A stretch of DNA of 64,000 nucleotides from an uncultured cyanobacterium (GCA_963706595.1 OY970166.1:1-64000), one strand, 5' to 3'; shown: positions 41,264-53,732, counted from the stretch's first letter. A program made the numbers and translations. Notes: generated by a model not told the origin, from the sequence alone.

Positions 41264-44200
41264 TTAAACTTCATCCTCCTCAATTATGGCACTACGATCA
41301 AGAATGAGTAAATCACGCAATTGGTTAGTATCCATTTCAGTTAACCATTCCTCACCAGTATTAACTACTTGTTCAGCCAATTGTTTTTTACTTTCAATCA
41401 TGTCATGAATTTTCTCTTCTAACGTGCCAGTACAGACAAATTTATGCACTTGCACATTCCGAGTTTGACCAATACGAAAAACTCTATCTGTCGCTTGATT
41501 TTCCACTGCGGGATTCCACCATCTATCAAAGTGAAATACATGATTAGCCCTAGTTAAATTCAAACCTACCCCACCCGCTTTTAAAGAAAGAATCATAATT
41601 GGAGGTCCTTGGGGGTCGTGTTGAAAACGGTCAATCATTTCCTCGCGTTGTTTTTTCGTGCTACTACCATATAAAAAGAATATTTCTTTGCCAAGTGTTT
41701 GCTGTAAATGAACTTTTAATAACTTACCCCATTCAGCAAATTGAGTGAAAATTAAAGCCCTATCTCCTTCCTCCAAAGCCACATTTAACATTTCATCTAG
41801 TCGTTGCAGTTTGGCAGAAGTATGTTCTTTTAATGTAGCTGCTTTCAAATATTGGGCTGGGTGATTACAGATTTGTTTCAATTTGACAAGTAACGCTAAA
41901 ATCATCCCTCGACGTTGCAAACCTTCAGCAGATTCAATTTCTGCTAAAGATGCTTCCACTACTTGTTGATACAGCGCAGCTTGTTCAGCAGCCAGACCAC
42001 AGAAAACCGTCATTTCTTGCTTTTCTGGCAAATCTTGAATAATATCACGATCTGTTTTCAGCCGACGCAGAATAAACGGTTGAACTAAACCCCGCAATTG
42101 ATTTAAAGATGCAGTATCACCATACTTTTCAATTGGCATAGCAAACCGTCTCTGGAAAAATTGGCGATTTCCCAAATACCCAGGATTAAGGAAATCTAAA
42201 ATAGACCACAATTCCTGGAGTTTATTTTCTACTGGTGTTCCTGTTAAAGCTATCCGAAATGTAGTTTTTAATTCCCTTACAGCCTTTGATTGTTTCGCTT
42301 CAGGATTTTTGACATTCTGGGCTTCATCTAATACAACTGTCTGCCAATCAACACTTTGCAAAGACTTAATATCACGGTGGACGAGTGAGTAACTGGTAAT
42401 AACTACATCGTGTTTTTGGACTGCTTCTACAAACGCTTTACCTTTGAGACGTTTATCGCCGTGGTGCTGTAAAACTTTCAGAGTAGGCGCAAATTTTTTA
42501 ATTTCTCTTTCCCAGTTACCTAAAATAGAAGTTGGACAAACAAGTAAGGTGGGATTTTCCAGTGCATCTTGTTCTTTGAGGTGCAGTAAAAAGGCAATTA
42601 ACTGAATTGTTTTCCCCAGTCCCATATCATCAGCGAGACAAGCACCCAAGCCCCAACGTTCTAAGAAAGCTAGCCAAGCCGCCCCTCTTTCTTGATAAGG
42701 TCGTAACTGTCCTTGAAAATTGGCAGGTGTGGGGAGGGGTGCAATGGTTTGATTATTCGTTAACGCCCCTATTAACTCTTGCAATGTACCAGATGCTTCA
42801 AAACTGACCACAGGTAACTTTTCAATCGCCTGGGTATCTCCAGAACTCAGACGTAAAGCATCTTCCAAAGAAAGTGTCATTTCGTCTTTGCGAGAAGCAA
42901 AAAATGTCTGTGCTGTTTTAATATCCTGGGGTCGCAATTCCACCCATTCACCGTTAATTTCTACCAGTGGGCTATTTAAAGCTACCAGTTTATTAAAGTC
43001 AGTTTTAGAAATAGTTTGTCCACCAATAGCCAATTGCCATTGAAAATTTAGTAAACTTTGTAAACCCAACCGACCCTGTTTTTTCTTTTGAGTTTCTGCA
43101 CTGATTTTTAAACCTAAACGATTCGCCCATCCTTCACGATTTGTCAAACTAGGAGGCAAAATTACCCCCAAACCACTATCTTCAAATCGCCAAGTTACAG
43201 ACTTGATAAATTCATAAGCTTGTAATGGGTTGAGGCGAGAAGATTGGGGATATTCTGTTTCTAAACTCGGTGTAAGAACTGGATATAATCGGGAAGCTAA
43301 ACCCAACCCCCGCAATAAAGTTTCTTGGGGTTGATCAATGGTGCGATTTTGATAAACTAATTGTTCAACTGGGTGATGCCAAATAGTTGCCGCATCTACT
43401 AAGAAATTTTCATCATCCGCAGCTTGGAGAAAATATGCCAATATCCAGTCTGTCGCGCCAGAGGCAGGGGGAAGCAGTTGAAAACAGGCTCGAAATAATG
43501 CTTTTCCTACCAGTTGGTATTGCAACGGCATCGTCCAAGATTTCAGTGCCGCTTCTAATCTTTCTACTTCCATTGCATCTGCATTGACTGTGTGAGATGC
43601 ACTGGTTAAACCTTGCAACCACTGTCTTACCGCAGATGGTAAAGATGCTAAAATTCTAGTTTCTAATAGAGGTTGAGAAGCTAACATCCCTCGCACTTGG
43701 GTATCTATCGTACTGTTGAGAAATCCTAATAATAATTCTTGCGGTTGAGTGGGGAAATCTACATACGTTATGGATGAAGAAGATTCCTCCCCACTCCCCA
43801 TTTCCTTCCGATAAGTACGACAAGCTAAGGGCATCTTTGCCGCAAATCTTTCTAAGCGAGTTCCGTCCACAGCACTGTCTAAAAGTACTTGCCATCTAGC
43901 AACAATAGAACTATCAGCTTGCCTTTGGATAGTTGGCAAAAACTTACATCGGGAAATTAAATCCAAACTCCAACGGGCAATTTGTGACCAAAAACGTAAA
44001 TCTCCACCGAACAAAGTATCCTCTTCCCTCGCAGCATTCAAAGGAACAGCAGCGAGAAATTTTATTGCTTCAGAGGGGTTGAGACAAAACCCCTCTACTC
44101 GCCACGGTTGAAGATATTGGGGTGAATTGATTTCCGAACCCAAAGTAGCAGAATGTAAAGGGGAAATAAATTCTATTTCTTGCTGATTGTTTTCTGAGAT

Positions 44201-44506
44201 ATGAGTTGGTAAATCAATGATTTGAGAGTGCGTTGGTAAGCTGATTTTAGTAGCAGTTGTACTTTTACGAGTTCGCCCAGTGGCAGCTACAGCAACTTGG
44301 GTTGGCTGCATTAAGCTAGGAATTTTAATATTCTGAGAACTTAACCACTCACTCAACTCAATTGGTGACATTACCAATGGATGTAGTGGTATATCTGGTG
44401 ATGCACTCAGAGCAAAATCGACTCGTGATGAACGCCAAGTTTCACCCCAGATAAATAAACAACTATTTTGATTTCTTACTAACCAATTACCGTGTAGAAT
44501 TGCCAT
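41264..44506 (-). CDS. SNF2-family helicase/translocase
   Basis: LRPYQERG, LADDMGLGKT, DEAQ, ALTGTPVEN, LSLKAGGVGLNL, WWNPAVENQATDRVFRIGQ. Confidence 0.95.
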   Translation of the reverse strand: MAILHGNWLVRNQNSCLFIWGETWRSSRVDFALSASPDIPLHPLVMSPIELSEWLSSQNIKIPSLMQPTQVAVAATGRTRKSTTATKISLPTHSQIIDLPTHISENNQQEIEFISPLHSATLGSEINSPQYLQPWRVEGFCLNPSEAIKFLAAVPLNAAREEDTLFGGDLRFWSQIARWSLDLISRCKFLPTIQRQADSSIVARWQVLLDSAVDGTRLERFAAKMPLACRTYRKEMGSGEESSSSITYVDFPTQPQELLLGFLNSTIDTQVRGMLASQPLLETRILASLPSAVRQWLQGLTSASHTVNADAMEVERLEAALKSWTMPLQYQLVGKALFRACFQLLPPASGATDWILAYFLQAADDENFLVDAATIWHHPVEQLVYQNRTIDQPQETLLRGLGLASRLYPVLTPSLETEYPQSSRLNPLQAYEFIKSVTWRFEDSGLGVILPPSLTNREGWANRLGLKISAETQKKKQGRLGLQSLLNFQWQLAIGGQTISKTDFNKLVALNSPLVEINGEWVELRPQDIKTAQTFFASRKDEMTLSLEDALRLSSGDTQAIEKLPVVSFEASGTLQELIGALTNNQTIAPLPTPANFQGQLRPYQERGAAWLAFLERWGLGACLADDMGLGKTIQLIAFLLHLKEQDALENPTLLVCPTSILGNWEREIKKFAPTLKVLQHHGDKRLKGKAFVEAVQKHDVVITSYSLVHRDIKSLQSVDWQTVVLDEAQNVKNPEAKQSKAVRELKTTFRIALTGTPVENKLQELWSILDFLNPGYLGNRQFFQRRFAMPIEKYGDTASLNQLRGLVQPFILRRLKTDRDIIQDLPEKQEMTVFCGLAAEQAALYQQVVEASLAEIESAEGLQRRGMILALLVKLKQICNHPAQYLKAATLKEHTSAKLQRLDEMLNVALEEGDRALIFTQFAEWGKLLKVHLQQTLGKEIFFLYGSSTKKQREEMIDRFQHDPQGPPIMILSLKAGGVGLNLTRANHVFHFDRWWNPAVENQATDRVFRIGQTRNVQVHKFVCTGTLEEKIHDMIESKKQLAEQVVNTGEEWLTEMDTNQLRDLLILDRSAIIEEDEV

Positions 44507-44618
44507 GTACTAACTACTCAAAGTTTAATTAAACTAAAATCATTAATTATTGAATTTTACTGTAACATGAATAAACATAATTACTTCTATCTATGTTGTA
44601 GACGTTGCCTACTGGAAA

Positions 44619-44749
44619 AATAAGTAAGTGGGCGACAATAAACCTAAGTTAAATTTTGTATTTTAGCTCGTAGTAATTTCTCTCAACTCTTAATTCAGGA
44701 CTAAAGTCCTGACTACAAACCTTGAATTATTTACGACGAATTACTTATT
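44619..44749. mobile_element. MITE-like element with imperfect ~22-bp TIRs
   Basis: AATAAGTAAGTGGGCGACAATAA and TTATTTACGACGAATTACTTATT. Contains a decayed GTAG...AGGACTAAAGTCCTGACTAC repeat. Confidence 0.55.
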
Positions 44750-44831
44750 GCATATCGGACAAAATACAAGCATTCAAATATTGAATATGATAAATTCAAG
44801 TAATAATCAAAATTCATAAAATTTGTTGCTA

Positions 44832-45377
44832 ATGAAATTCCCTTGTAAACAAGTTTTAAAAAATGACTTAGCCATCGAACTAGATTATATGAAGCCCGAA
44901 GAACAGGAGGAGGTGAGAACATTACTAAATGTCATAATTAATGAGGGCAAAACTTACCCCCAAAATAAACCTCTGTCGCAGGAGGCATTTGCAGCTTACT
45001 GGTTAAGTCAGGATGCCTTCGTGGTGAGGACATCTGCTCAAGATACGACACACAATCCAAAAGAAGTGCTGGGGGCATTTTATCTAAAGCCTAACTTCCC
45101 AGGTATGTGTAGCCATATTTGCAACGCTGGTTTTATTGTACAACCTGGGTTGCGCGGTCAGGGTATTGGAAGGTTTATGGGCGAGTCCATGCTAGCGATC
45201 GCAGCAAACCTGGACTATGAAGCCGTGATGTTCAATTTGGTCTTTGCAACTAATATACCTTCAGTTCAACTCTGGCAGTCCTTGGGATTTGAGATTATTG
45301 GCAATATTCCGCGTGCGGTGAAGCTAGCAGATGGGCAGATAGTAGAGGCACTAATTTTCTATCGGGCTTTGGGTTGA
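44832..45377 (+). CDS. GNAT family N-acetyltransferase
   Basis: GKTYP, FYLKPNFPG..SHICNAGFIV, RGQGIG acetyl-CoA motif, FNLVFATN, LWQSLGF. Confidence 0.9.
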   Translation: MKFPCKQVLKNDLAIELDYMKPEEQEEVRTLLNVIINEGKTYPQNKPLSQEAFAAYWLSQDAFVVRTSAQDTTHNPKEVLGAFYLKPNFPGMCSHICNAGFIVQPGLRGQGIGRFMGESMLAIAANLDYEAVMFNLVFATNIPSVQLWQSLGFEIIGNIPRAVKLADGQIVEALIFYRALG

Positions 45378-45478
45378 ACGACTTGTTTATCTTTGTGTGT
45401 ACCAGAAGTCAGTCTGAGGGCAGAAATGTTAGGATTGCCACAGAAAGAGAAAAGCAAAAGAGAAGGAAAAAAAACTGA

Positions 45479-47635
45479 ATGGCAGAAGTTGATAAGTCAA
45501 TATCCTTTGATGGTAGGGATATTAGACTGAAAGTAGGCTTACTGGCTCCCCAAGCTGGTGGGTCGGTTTTAATAGAATCAGGGGATACATCTGTTTTAGT
45601 GACGGCTACGCGTTCCAAGGGCAGAGAAGGAATAGATTTTCTTCCCCTGACGGTGGATTATGAAGAAAGATTGTATGCCGCAGGTAGGATTCCCGGAGGA
45701 ATCATGCGGAGAGAAGGTCGTCCACCAGAAAAAACCATTCTGACTAGCCGGCTGATTGACCGCCCCATGAGACCTTTGTTTCCTTCATGGTTGCGGGATG
45801 ATCTGCAAATTATCGCCTTTACGCTGTCGATGGATGAGTTAGTACCACCTGACGTTTTAGCAGTGACTGGTGCTTCCATTGCTACTCTGATGGCACAAAT
45901 TCCGTTTAATGGACCAATGGCGGCAGTGCGGGTGGGTTTAGTGGGTGATGATTTCATTATTAACCCCACCTATGCCGAAACTGAGAACGGCGACTTGGAT
46001 CTAATTGTGGCTGGTTCACCCCACGGTGTGATCATGGTGGAGGCGGGAGCCAATCAATTGCCAGAGCAAGATATTATTGAAGCAATTGATTTTGGTTATG
46101 AAGCGGTAAGAGATTTAATTAAAGCGCAGCAAGATTTGTTAGCGGAAATGGGTCTGAAAATTGTGCAGGAAGCACCACCAGAGGAAGACCCCACTCTGAG
46201 CAATTATATCCGCGATCGCGTCAGCGATGATATTAAGAAAATTTTGTCTCAATTTGAATACACCAAAGCCCAACGGGATAACGCTTTGGATATTGTAAAA
46301 GAGCAAGTTGCGAGTGCGATCGCCGAATTACCAGAAGAAAATGAAGTTCGACTGGCTGCAACTGCAAATAACAAAGCACTTGGTAACACCTTTAAAGACA
46401 TCACAAAACACTTCATGCGCCGTCAAATCGTTGACGACAACGTGCGCGTTGATGGTCGCAAACTCGATGAAGTCCGTCCTGTCTCTTGTCAAGTTGGCGT
46501 TTTACCCAAGCGAGTCCACGGTAGTGGTTTATTTAATCGCGGTTTAACCCAAGTATTATCCGCCTGTACCCTGGGTACTCCTGGAGATGCTCAAAACCTC
46601 AACGATGACTTGCAAACAGACCAATCCAAACGTTACCTGCATCATTACAACTTCCCTCCGTTCTCAGTTGGGGAAACTAAACCGATGCGTTTCCCAGGAA
46701 GACGCGAAATTGGTCACGGTGCTTTAGCAGAACGAGCGCTCATCCCTGTGCTACCGTCAAAAGAAGCATTCCCCTACGTGATTCGTGTCGTTTCGGAAGT
46801 GCTTTCTTCCAACGGTTCCACTTCTATGGGTTCAGTGTGCGGTTCCACTCTCTCCTTGATGGATGCTGGTGTTCCCATTCTCAAACCCGTAAGCGGCGCA
46901 GCAATGGGTTTGATTAAAGAAGGTGACGAAGTGCGAGTCCTGACTGATATTCAGGGCATTGAGGACTTCTTAGGCGATATGGACTTTAAAGTTGCCGGCA
47001 CAGATACCGGAATTACTGCCTTACAAATGGATATGAAAATATCTGGTCTGTCATTGGATGTAATTGCCCAAGCTGTCCACCAAGCGAAATCAGCCCGGTT
47101 GCATATTCTGGATAAAATGCTCCAGACTATCGAAGAACCAAGAGTTGAAACCTCACCCTATGCCCCACGTCTATTGACTATCAAGATTGATTCAGACATG
47201 ATTGGTCTGGTCATTGGACCCGGAGGTAAAACCATCAAGGGCATCACCGAAGAAACTGGTGCGAAGATTGACATCGAAGACGATGGCACTGTGACGATTT
47301 CTGCTGTGGATGAAAGTAGAGCGAAGAAAGCCCGTAACATCATTCAAGGCATGACTCGTAAGTTACACGAAGGTGATGTTTATGCCGGGCGTGTGACTCG
47401 GATTATCCCCATTGGTGCATTTGTAGAATTTCTGCCTGGAAAAGAAGGCATGATTCACATTTCTCAATTAGCTGACTATCGCGTTGGCAAAGTTGAAGAT
47501 GAAGTAGCTGTTGGGGATGAAGTGATTGTCAAAGTGCGCGAAATTGACAATAAAGGACGAATTAATCTCACACGTTTAGGTATCCACCCAGACCAAGCGA
47601 CTGCGGCACGAGAAGCTGCGGCAGTGAATCGATAA
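45479..47635 (+). CDS. pnp: Polyribonucleotide nucleotidyltransferase (PNPase)
   Basis: [39 protein letters not shown] (IGPGGK) and S1 domains. Confidence 0.98.
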   Translation: MAEVDKSISFDGRDIRLKVGLLAPQAGGSVLIESGDTSVLVTATRSKGREGIDFLPLTVDYEERLYAAGRIPGGIMRREGRPPEKTILTSRLIDRPMRPLFPSWLRDDLQIIAFTLSMDELVPPDVLAVTGASIATLMAQIPFNGPMAAVRVGLVGDDFIINPTYAETENGDLDLIVAGSPHGVIMVEAGANQLPEQDIIEAIDFGYEAVRDLIKAQQDLLAEMGLKIVQEAPPEEDPTLSNYIRDRVSDDIKKILSQFEYTKAQRDNALDIVKEQVASAIAELPEENEVRLAATANNKALGNTFKDITKHFMRRQIVDDNVRVDGRKLDEVRPVSCQVGVLPKRVHGSGLFNRGLTQVLSACTLGTPGDAQNLNDDLQTDQSKRYLHHYNFPPFSVGETKPMRFPGRREIGHGALAERALIPVLPSKEAFPYVIRVVSEVLSSNGSTSMGSVCGSTLSLMDAGVPILKPVSGAAMGLIKEGDEVRVLTDIQGIEDFLGDMDFKVAGTDTGITALQMDMKISGLSLDVIAQAVHQAKSARLHILDKMLQTIEEPRVETSPYAPRLLTIKIDSDMIGLVIGPGGKTIKGITEETGAKIDIEDDGTVTISAVDESRAKKARNIIQGMTRKLHEGDVYAGRVTRIIPIGAFVEFLPGKEGMIHISQLADYRVGKVEDEVAVGDEVIVKVREIDNKGRINLTRLGIHPDQATAAREAAAVNR

Positions 47636-47670
47636 ATCGATTGGGGATTTTAGATTTTTATCTAAAATCC

Positions 47671-47695
47671 GCGATGCCTAGATTCAAGGCATCGC
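47671..47695. terminator. Hairpin between convergent pnp and aminotransferase genes
   Basis: GCGATGCCT-AGATTCA-AGGCATCGC. No clear U-run. Confidence 0.4.
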
Positions 47696-47782
47696 CGTGG
47701 GTTTCGGAAGTTTAAAATCAGAGTCGCAGGACTGAAAGTCGCGGCTATAGAAACAAAGCCTGCGTTCGCAGGCTCGCTACAT

Positions 47783-48952
47783 TTAGTCAACCAGAGAACT
47801 GACAAATTTCTCTAACCTCTCCATCCCTGTTTCAATAGTTGCCATATCAGTGGCGTAAGACAAACGAATGTTTTGGTCAGCACCAAAGGCAATGCCAGGA
47901 ATTACTGCTACTTGCTGTGCTTCCAAGAGGGCGTTACAAAATTCTAGGGACTTCAGACCTGTTTTGCTGATATCAGGAAATAGATAAAATGCGCCATCTG
48001 GTTTAGCACAACTCAGCCCCGGAATGGCGTTGAGTCTGTCTGACATTACTTGTCGCCGTTTAGCGAAAGCTTGGCGCATGGTTTCTACGCAGTCTTGAGA
48101 ACTTTCTAAAGCCGCGATCGCACCATATTGAGCAAAGGTACACACATTCGATGTACTGTGTCCTTGAATGGTACTAGCCGCTTTAATAATTTCCACTGGA
48201 CCAGCTAAATAACCCAGTCGCCAACCAGTCATGGAGTAAGCTTTCGCGAACCCGTTGCTGATTAAGGTGCGGTCAAAAATTTCTTTACCCAGAGAACCAA
48301 TACTGATGTGCGTAGCACCATCGTAGAGAATCCTTTCGTAAATCTCATCAGATACGACAAAAATATCTGCATCCACTACAACTTGCGCCAGTGCTTTAAT
48401 TTCATCTGGCGTGTACACCATCCCAGTGGGATTCGATGGGGAATTGAGAATAAATAACTTGGTTTTCGGTGTAATTGCTTGACGTAGTTGCTCCGGAGTA
48501 ATTTTATAATCCGTCGCCGCATCTGTGGTGACAATGACTGGGTTTCCACCAACTAAAGTCACCATTTCCGGGTAACTTAGCCAATAGGGAGCCGGGATAA
48601 TGACCTCATCACCCGAATCAATCAGGGCTAACATCAAGTTAAACAGAGAATGTTTACCGCCATTGGTGACAATCACATTCTCTGACTGATAATCAAGACC
48701 ATTCTCAGTTTTCAGCTTATGGGCGATCGCTTCCCTTAACTTTGGTTCTCCTGCTGCTGGTCCATACTTGGTTTTTCCTGATTCCAAAGCTGTCGCTGCT
48801 GCGGCTTTGATGTGGGCTGGAGTGTCAAAATCCGGTTCTCCAGCGCTGAAACTACAAACGTCTATTCCTTCAGCCTTCATGGCCTTAGCTTTAGCTGCGA
48901 TCGCTAAGGTTAAAGAAGGTGTCACCTTACTTACTCGTGCTGCCAGCTTCAT
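47783..48952 (-). CDS. PLP-dependent class I/II aminotransferase (aspartate aminotransferase-like)
   Basis: [34 protein letters not shown]. Confidence 0.92.
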   Translation of the reverse strand: MKLAARVSKVTPSLTLAIAAKAKAMKAEGIDVCSFSAGEPDFDTPAHIKAAAATALESGKTKYGPAAGEPKLREAIAHKLKTENGLDYQSENVIVTNGGKHSLFNLMLALIDSGDEVIIPAPYWLSYPEMVTLVGGNPVIVTTDAATDYKITPEQLRQAITPKTKLFILNSPSNPTGMVYTPDEIKALAQVVVDADIFVVSDEIYERILYDGATHISIGSLGKEIFDRTLISNGFAKAYSMTGWRLGYLAGPVEIIKAASTIQGHSTSNVCTFAQYGAIAALESSQDCVETMRQAFAKRRQVMSDRLNAIPGLSCAKPDGAFYLFPDISKTGLKSLEFCNALLEAQQVAVIPGIAFGADQNIRLSYATDMATIETGMERLEKFVSSLVD

Positions 48953-49039
48953 GCTTAATTTATTTGGCAAATCTCTCACTTATCTAAGGATATCTCACAA
49001 TCCCTACACAGATTTGCCTTTTTTTATTCCTGAGCTAGT

Positions 49040-49702
49040 TTAAAAGCCAAACATCTGTACAGCGTACATCCGGCCATTCGCCCCAATTACCACTCCATAA
49101 CCAAATTTGGTGTATTTTTCGGTGAGGAGATTAGCACGGTGTCCATTACTGTACATCCAACCGCGTTGAAACTTTTCTGCTTCTGTGTAAGTTAATCCCC
49201 AGCCTTTAGTCTGACTCTGAACAATATTTTCACCAACTCCTTGAAGTGGGCTAGTACCGACTGCAACGTAGCGATCTTGGGGAGTTTTGCCGTCAGGGGA
49301 AATATGATCGAAGTATTGGCGGTCAAACATATCCTGTGCGTGGAGTTGTGCGGCGAGGGATAGTGCAGAATCTTCTTCCAAAGGCGGCAAATTATTCACA
49401 GTGCGATCGCGATTTACTAGTTCTAATGCAAAACTTCTTAACTCCGGTAGCGATCGCAAATTTTCGGCATTCCAAATTGTTGCTTTTGGCTTGCCTATTT
49501 TCCAGTCCGCGCCACCATTCCCGTTGTAAAGACCCGCGCCCAAAAGCCCATAAGGCGAGAGTTCAGTCCAGAAGTAGTTAATATCTAGTGGATAACCTCG
49601 TAATGCCTGATTAATGAAATGGGTAGTCGGGCCAGATACCAACACCACTGTAAACAACAGAATGTATTTCCACCAACTTTTGACGGGGCTTTTTGTTTCC
49701 AT
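49040..49702 (-). CDS. CAP/SCP domain protein
   Basis: LVNRDR..NLPPL, AAQLHAQDM..YFDH, GENI, WMYSNGHRANLL. Confidence 0.9.
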   Translation of the reverse strand: METKSPVKSWWKYILLFTVVLVSGPTTHFINQALRGYPLDINYFWTELSPYGLLGAGLYNGNGGADWKIGKPKATIWNAENLRSLPELRSFALELVNRDRTVNNLPPLEEDSALSLAAQLHAQDMFDRQYFDHISPDGKTPQDRYVAVGTSPLQGVGENIVQSQTKGWGLTYTEAEKFQRGWMYSNGHRANLLTEKYTKFGYGVVIGANGRMYAVQMFGF

Positions 49703-49990
49703 AATCAGAAAACCACTGAATTATTCCTGCATCTGCGTAATTTATACATTACACAAAAATTAGGCACTTGTTATATTTATTGCTATTCAACACCATAGCA
49801 CATTTTTAACAATGGTTTTCAGTAGTTCGTACTATTCGGCTGTTGATCAAATAGTTATTAGTGAGTAGGTCAGCACAATTATTTCATCGTTACAATATTT
49901 GGATTTGGCGAAGTTTTACAATACTTTTTTATTCCCTACCCTTAAGGGTACTAATAGCGAGTATCAACAGAGATCAAAGTTCAGAAGCCG

Positions 49991-50615
49991 TTATTGATTA
50001 GAACCGCCAGTAGCATCACCTGGGGTAGAAGTACTACTATCAGACGGATCATTTTTCGTACTTGGTGTGACGGTATTACTAGAAGTACCGCCTTCGTTTT
50101 CTGAAGTAGAAGTATTATTCGTTGGACTGGTTGGGCTTTGTACTGGTTTAGGACTTGGCTGAGTTGGAGAAGGCGTTTTTTCTACCGCAGGCTGTTGGGG
50201 TGGAATAGTAATATTAATATCCGGTTGGCGAGGTGTAGATGGGGGTGTAACCGGCTGTTGTGGAACAGGTATAAATACAGGTACTTCCTTCGTTGTTTCA
50301 ATTATCGTCGTTTGTGGTTGAGGAGATGGAGTAGCTGTGGGACTGCTGTCAGTCGGTACAGGAACCAAAACCGGCACAGTATTAGTATTGTCTTGAACCT
50401 CTACCTTATTGCTTTGGTTGAAGTACCAAACTCCACCTACAATCAAACTCAACAGGGAAGTAATGATAATACCTAACAGCAAACCACGAGTAGCATTGTT
50501 CTCGTCACGTTCGGCTAAATTGTTTTCAGTGGTTATTGTCCGGCGTGTGTCAGTATTACCATTAATATCAGTATAAGATTCTTGCTTGACTTCACTATTT
50601 TTTCAATCTATTCAC
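49991..50615 (-). CDS. Pro/Thr-rich single-TM hypothetical protein (probable frameshift in the A6 run at ~50598-50603)
   Basis: ORF 49991-50482 is open upstream through ERDENNATRG. Removing one A joins a GTG at 50615. Confidence 0.65.
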
Positions 50616-50666
50616 TCGCGCATCTCAAGATTCTGAGATATGTTCTTGCCGAGTGCCAATTTCTCG

Positions 50667-50990
50667 TCAGTTTTTCGGAGTTAGCTCTTGTCCCCGCTTG
50701 CCACTTTCAATAGAATGATCGACCGCCCCTGGTGTCTTGATAATGACTTTTTCTTTCTTTCTTTCTTTGGTAGAATAGTAGGGTTTAATCGCCTCTGTTT
50801 GCACTACAATTTTACGTTCTTGGTTGCCATAATAAGGCTTAGATACAGCTATGTTGTGGTCTTTTTCCTGATAATAGCCCTCAGCTTGGACTGGAGCAGT
50901 AGGTAAGCTGATCAACCACATTAAACCAGCCAATAATACTATGGTTAATTGACGATGCAATTTATTAAATATTTTTCGGATATTCAACAT
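50667..50990 (-). CDS. Small exported hypothetical protein
   Basis: RBS GGAG, signal peptide, internal KPYY repeat. Confidence 0.7.
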   Translation of the reverse strand: MLNIRKIFNKLHRQLTIVLLAGLMWLISLPTAPVQAEGYYQEKDHNIAVSKPYYGNQERKIVVQTEAIKPYYSTKERKKEKVIIKTPGAVDHSIESGKRGQELTPKN

Positions 50991-51203
50991 GGTAAAAGTC
51001 GTCTCCTAAGTCTTTCATAAATGCTTAAATATTAGGAGATTCTTCATTGTTTTAACGTCTTCCTCTAGGATAGTGACGTGTATATAAAAAGTATCATTAT
51101 TAGTTATTAGGGCGTTGCTGAAACCAACTATGAATTTAAATGTAGAGACGTTCTATATAACGTCTCTATTTTGTCACAGATGTCCGCAGACTCCCCATAA
51201 TTC

Positions 51204-52286
51204 CTAAGCTATAGTCACATCTGGTGACAAGTAAACATCCTGAATTGCATGAAACAGTTTCACACCTTCCTCAAAAGGACGCTGGAAAGTTTTCCGCCCA
51301 GAAATTAAACCCGTACCGCCAGCCCGCTTATTAATTACTGCTGTCCGCACAGCTTGGGAAAAATCATCTTTACCAGATGCACCACCAGAATTAATTAGCC
51401 CTGCACGTCCACAGTAGCAATTAAGCACTTGATAACGAGTTAAATCAATCGGGTGATCACTTGTTAATTCTGTGTAAACTCGGTCATTAGTTTTGCCGTA
51501 ACTCTGATTAGTCGCTTTCGCTACTGCACTATAACCATGATTACATTCGGGTAACTTTTGTTTAATAATGTCAGCTTCAATGGAGACACCCAAATGATTG
51601 GCTTGTCCGGTGAGGTCAGCCGCAAGGTGATAATCTTGTTCTTGTTTGAAAGCGTTATTACGCAGATAGCACCAAAGAATTGTCACTAAACCCAGTTCAT
51701 GGGCGTATTTAAAAGCTTGGCTGACTTCCTGAATTTGTCTAGCAGATTGTTCTGAACCAAAGTAAATTGTCGCGCCTACCGCCACAGCACCCAAGTTCCA
51801 AGCTTGTTCCACATCAGCAAACAATATCTGGTCATATTGATTGGGAAAAGTTAGCAGTTCGTTATGATTAATTTTAGCGATGAAGGGGATTTTATGGGCA
51901 TATTTACGCGAAACGCTACCTAATACACCTAAAGTCGTCGCAACAGCATTACAGCCCCCTGCTATTGCCAATCTGATAATATTTTCGGGATCAAAATAAA
52001 TCGGATTAGGCGCAAAAGATGCCCCGGCTGAGTGTTCAATTCCTTGGTCTACTGGTAAGATAGACAAATAACCAGTATTTGCTAACCGACCGTGAGAGTA
52101 AAGCTGCTGGAGATTACGCAAGACTTGAGGATGGCGATCGCTATTTATCCAAACTCGATCTATAAAATCTGGGCTTGGTAAATGTAGTAAATTCTGAGAA
52201 ATTTTCGCTTTGTAGGTGAGTAAGTTTTCTGATTCTTTACCTAAGAAAGATTGGATAGAGTTAGCCTCTAAAAGCGTTGTATTCAC
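51204..52286 (-). CDS. fbaB: Class I fructose-bisphosphate aldolase (DhnA type)
   Basis: [45 protein letters not shown]. Confidence 0.93.
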   Translation of the reverse strand: MNTTLLEANSIQSFLGKESENLLTYKAKISQNLLHLPSPDFIDRVWINSDRHPQVLRNLQQLYSHGRLANTGYLSILPVDQGIEHSAGASFAPNPIYFDPENIIRLAIAGGCNAVATTLGVLGSVSRKYAHKIPFIAKINHNELLTFPNQYDQILFADVEQAWNLGAVAVGATIYFGSEQSARQIQEVSQAFKYAHELGLVTILWCYLRNNAFKQEQDYHLAADLTGQANHLGVSIEADIIKQKLPECNHGYSAVAKATNQSYGKTNDRVYTELTSDHPIDLTRYQVLNCYCGRAGLINSGGASGKDDFSQAVRTAVINKRAGGTGLISGRKTFQRPFEEGVKLFHAIQDVYLSPDVTIA

Positions 52287-52367
52287 TGAATTTTCCCCTA
52301 ACTTTAGTCCATGACAAAAATAATTACTAATTCATAGTTAGTTAAATTTTCAAGAATAATAGTGAAG

Positions 52368-52451
52368 AACCACAGATAAATTGACCTGTATTTCCTGTGG
52401 GAAAGCAGTCGGTGTTGGAAAATGCGTTTACATTTACGTTTATCTGTGGTT
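52368..52451. repeat. 84-bp element with perfect 13-bp inverted ends
   Basis: AACCACAGATAAA and TTTATCTGTGGTT. Confidence 0.6.
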
Positions 52452-52784
52452 ACTAATAATAATTAGGATTCTTGCCATAGTTCTATTTTAAATTTTCATC
52501 TGATTAAGTCATATACCAAAAGACACAAATCCCCTCAGCTTTTGTCCTCAGAACAAGCAGCATGGAATATTCACGTGGGGTATATATCTGCAATGGGTTA
52601 TGGTTCTTGTGGTATAATACCATCTCAGCTTTTGAACTGATGCCAAAAAATGTTTCCCAGTACTTTGCCCAAAAAATAACGTACTCAATACGAAAGTAAA
52701 TGATCGCTGAAGGCTCTGCATGATTGCAACACAGTCATACACCAGAAGAACACATTTAAAATATTACAACGAAAAGAGTTAAGT

Positions 52785-53573
52785 ATGCTGGGAGCGATCG
52801 CAGGAGACATTATCGGCTCTGTATATCAGGGTAAAAATTTTAAAACTAAGGATTTCCCGCTTTTTAATAGACAATGCCGCTTCACTGACGATACAGTTTT
52901 GACTGTGGCAGTAGCAGATGTGATTCTCAACGCCGGCAAACCTCCAGTTAGTAGTCAATATATCGACCAATTAAAGTTGTACTATCGCCACTACCCTTAT
53001 GCTGGTTATGGGCGTAACTTTCGAGAGTGGGCGAACTCTAGCCGACGCGAACCATACAACAGTCTGAGTAATGGTGCAGCTATGCGAGTGAGTCCCATTG
53101 GGTTTGCCTTTAATGACTTGGAGACTGTATTACAACAAGCGCAGATTAGTGCGGAAATTACCCATAACCATCCTGAAGGCATTAAGGGCGCTCAAGCTAC
53201 AGCCGCCGCCATCTTTCTAGGGCGTACAGGTCATGATAAAGGGAAAATTCATTCTTATATTCAAAATACCTTTGAATATGACTTAGAGCGCACTCTGGAG
53301 CAAATTCGACCGACTTACCAATATGATCCTACTTGTCAGGGTTCTGTTCCCCAAGCAATCATCGCTTTTTTAGAATCTCAAAATTTTGAAGATGCTCTGC
53401 GAAATGCCGTCTCAATCGGTGGTGACAGCGATACCATTGCTTGTATTACAGGTAGTATTGCTCAAGCATATTATGGTGGTGTACCCAAAGCGATCGCCCA
53501 ATCAACAATATCTCATTTAAATCAACATCTTTCCACTGTTACCGAAACCTTTATGTTTCAGTACTGTAATTGA
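52785..53573 (+). CDS. ADP-ribosylglycohydrolase family protein (DraG/ARH-like)
   Basis: GAIAGDIIG, FTDDT, NGAAMR, THNH, GGDSDTIACI. Confidence 0.92.
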   Translation: MLGAIAGDIIGSVYQGKNFKTKDFPLFNRQCRFTDDTVLTVAVADVILNAGKPPVSSQYIDQLKLYYRHYPYAGYGRNFREWANSSRREPYNSLSNGAAMRVSPIGFAFNDLETVLQQAQISAEITHNHPEGIKGAQATAAAIFLGRTGHDKGKIHSYIQNTFEYDLERTLEQIRPTYQYDPTCQGSVPQAIIAFLESQNFEDALRNAVSIGGDSDTIACITGSIAQAYYGGVPKAIAQSTISHLNQHLSTVTETFMFQYCN

Positions 53574-53591
53574 CCAATAGTTCCTTGGTGC

Positions 53592-53666
53592 TACAAGCCC
53601 CCAGATTTATCTGTGGGAGCAATCTAAAACCTAAAATCTAAAATCTAAAATCTAAAAATCTAAAAT
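53592..53666. repeat. Hairpin plus AAATCTA STRR array
   Basis: CAAGCCCCCAGATTTATCTGTGGG followed by (AATCTAA)n. Same layout as 26575-26699. Confidence 0.6.
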
Positions 53667-53699
53667 TAAACAATCCGGTTTCAATCAGCCAAATTTCTA

Positions 53700-53732
53700 C
53701 CATAGTTCTCAAGCTGAGTGTGAGAACTATGG
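53700..53732. terminator. 12-bp hairpin between convergent genes
   Basis: CCATAGTTCTCA-N9-TGAGAACTATGG. Confidence 0.5.
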
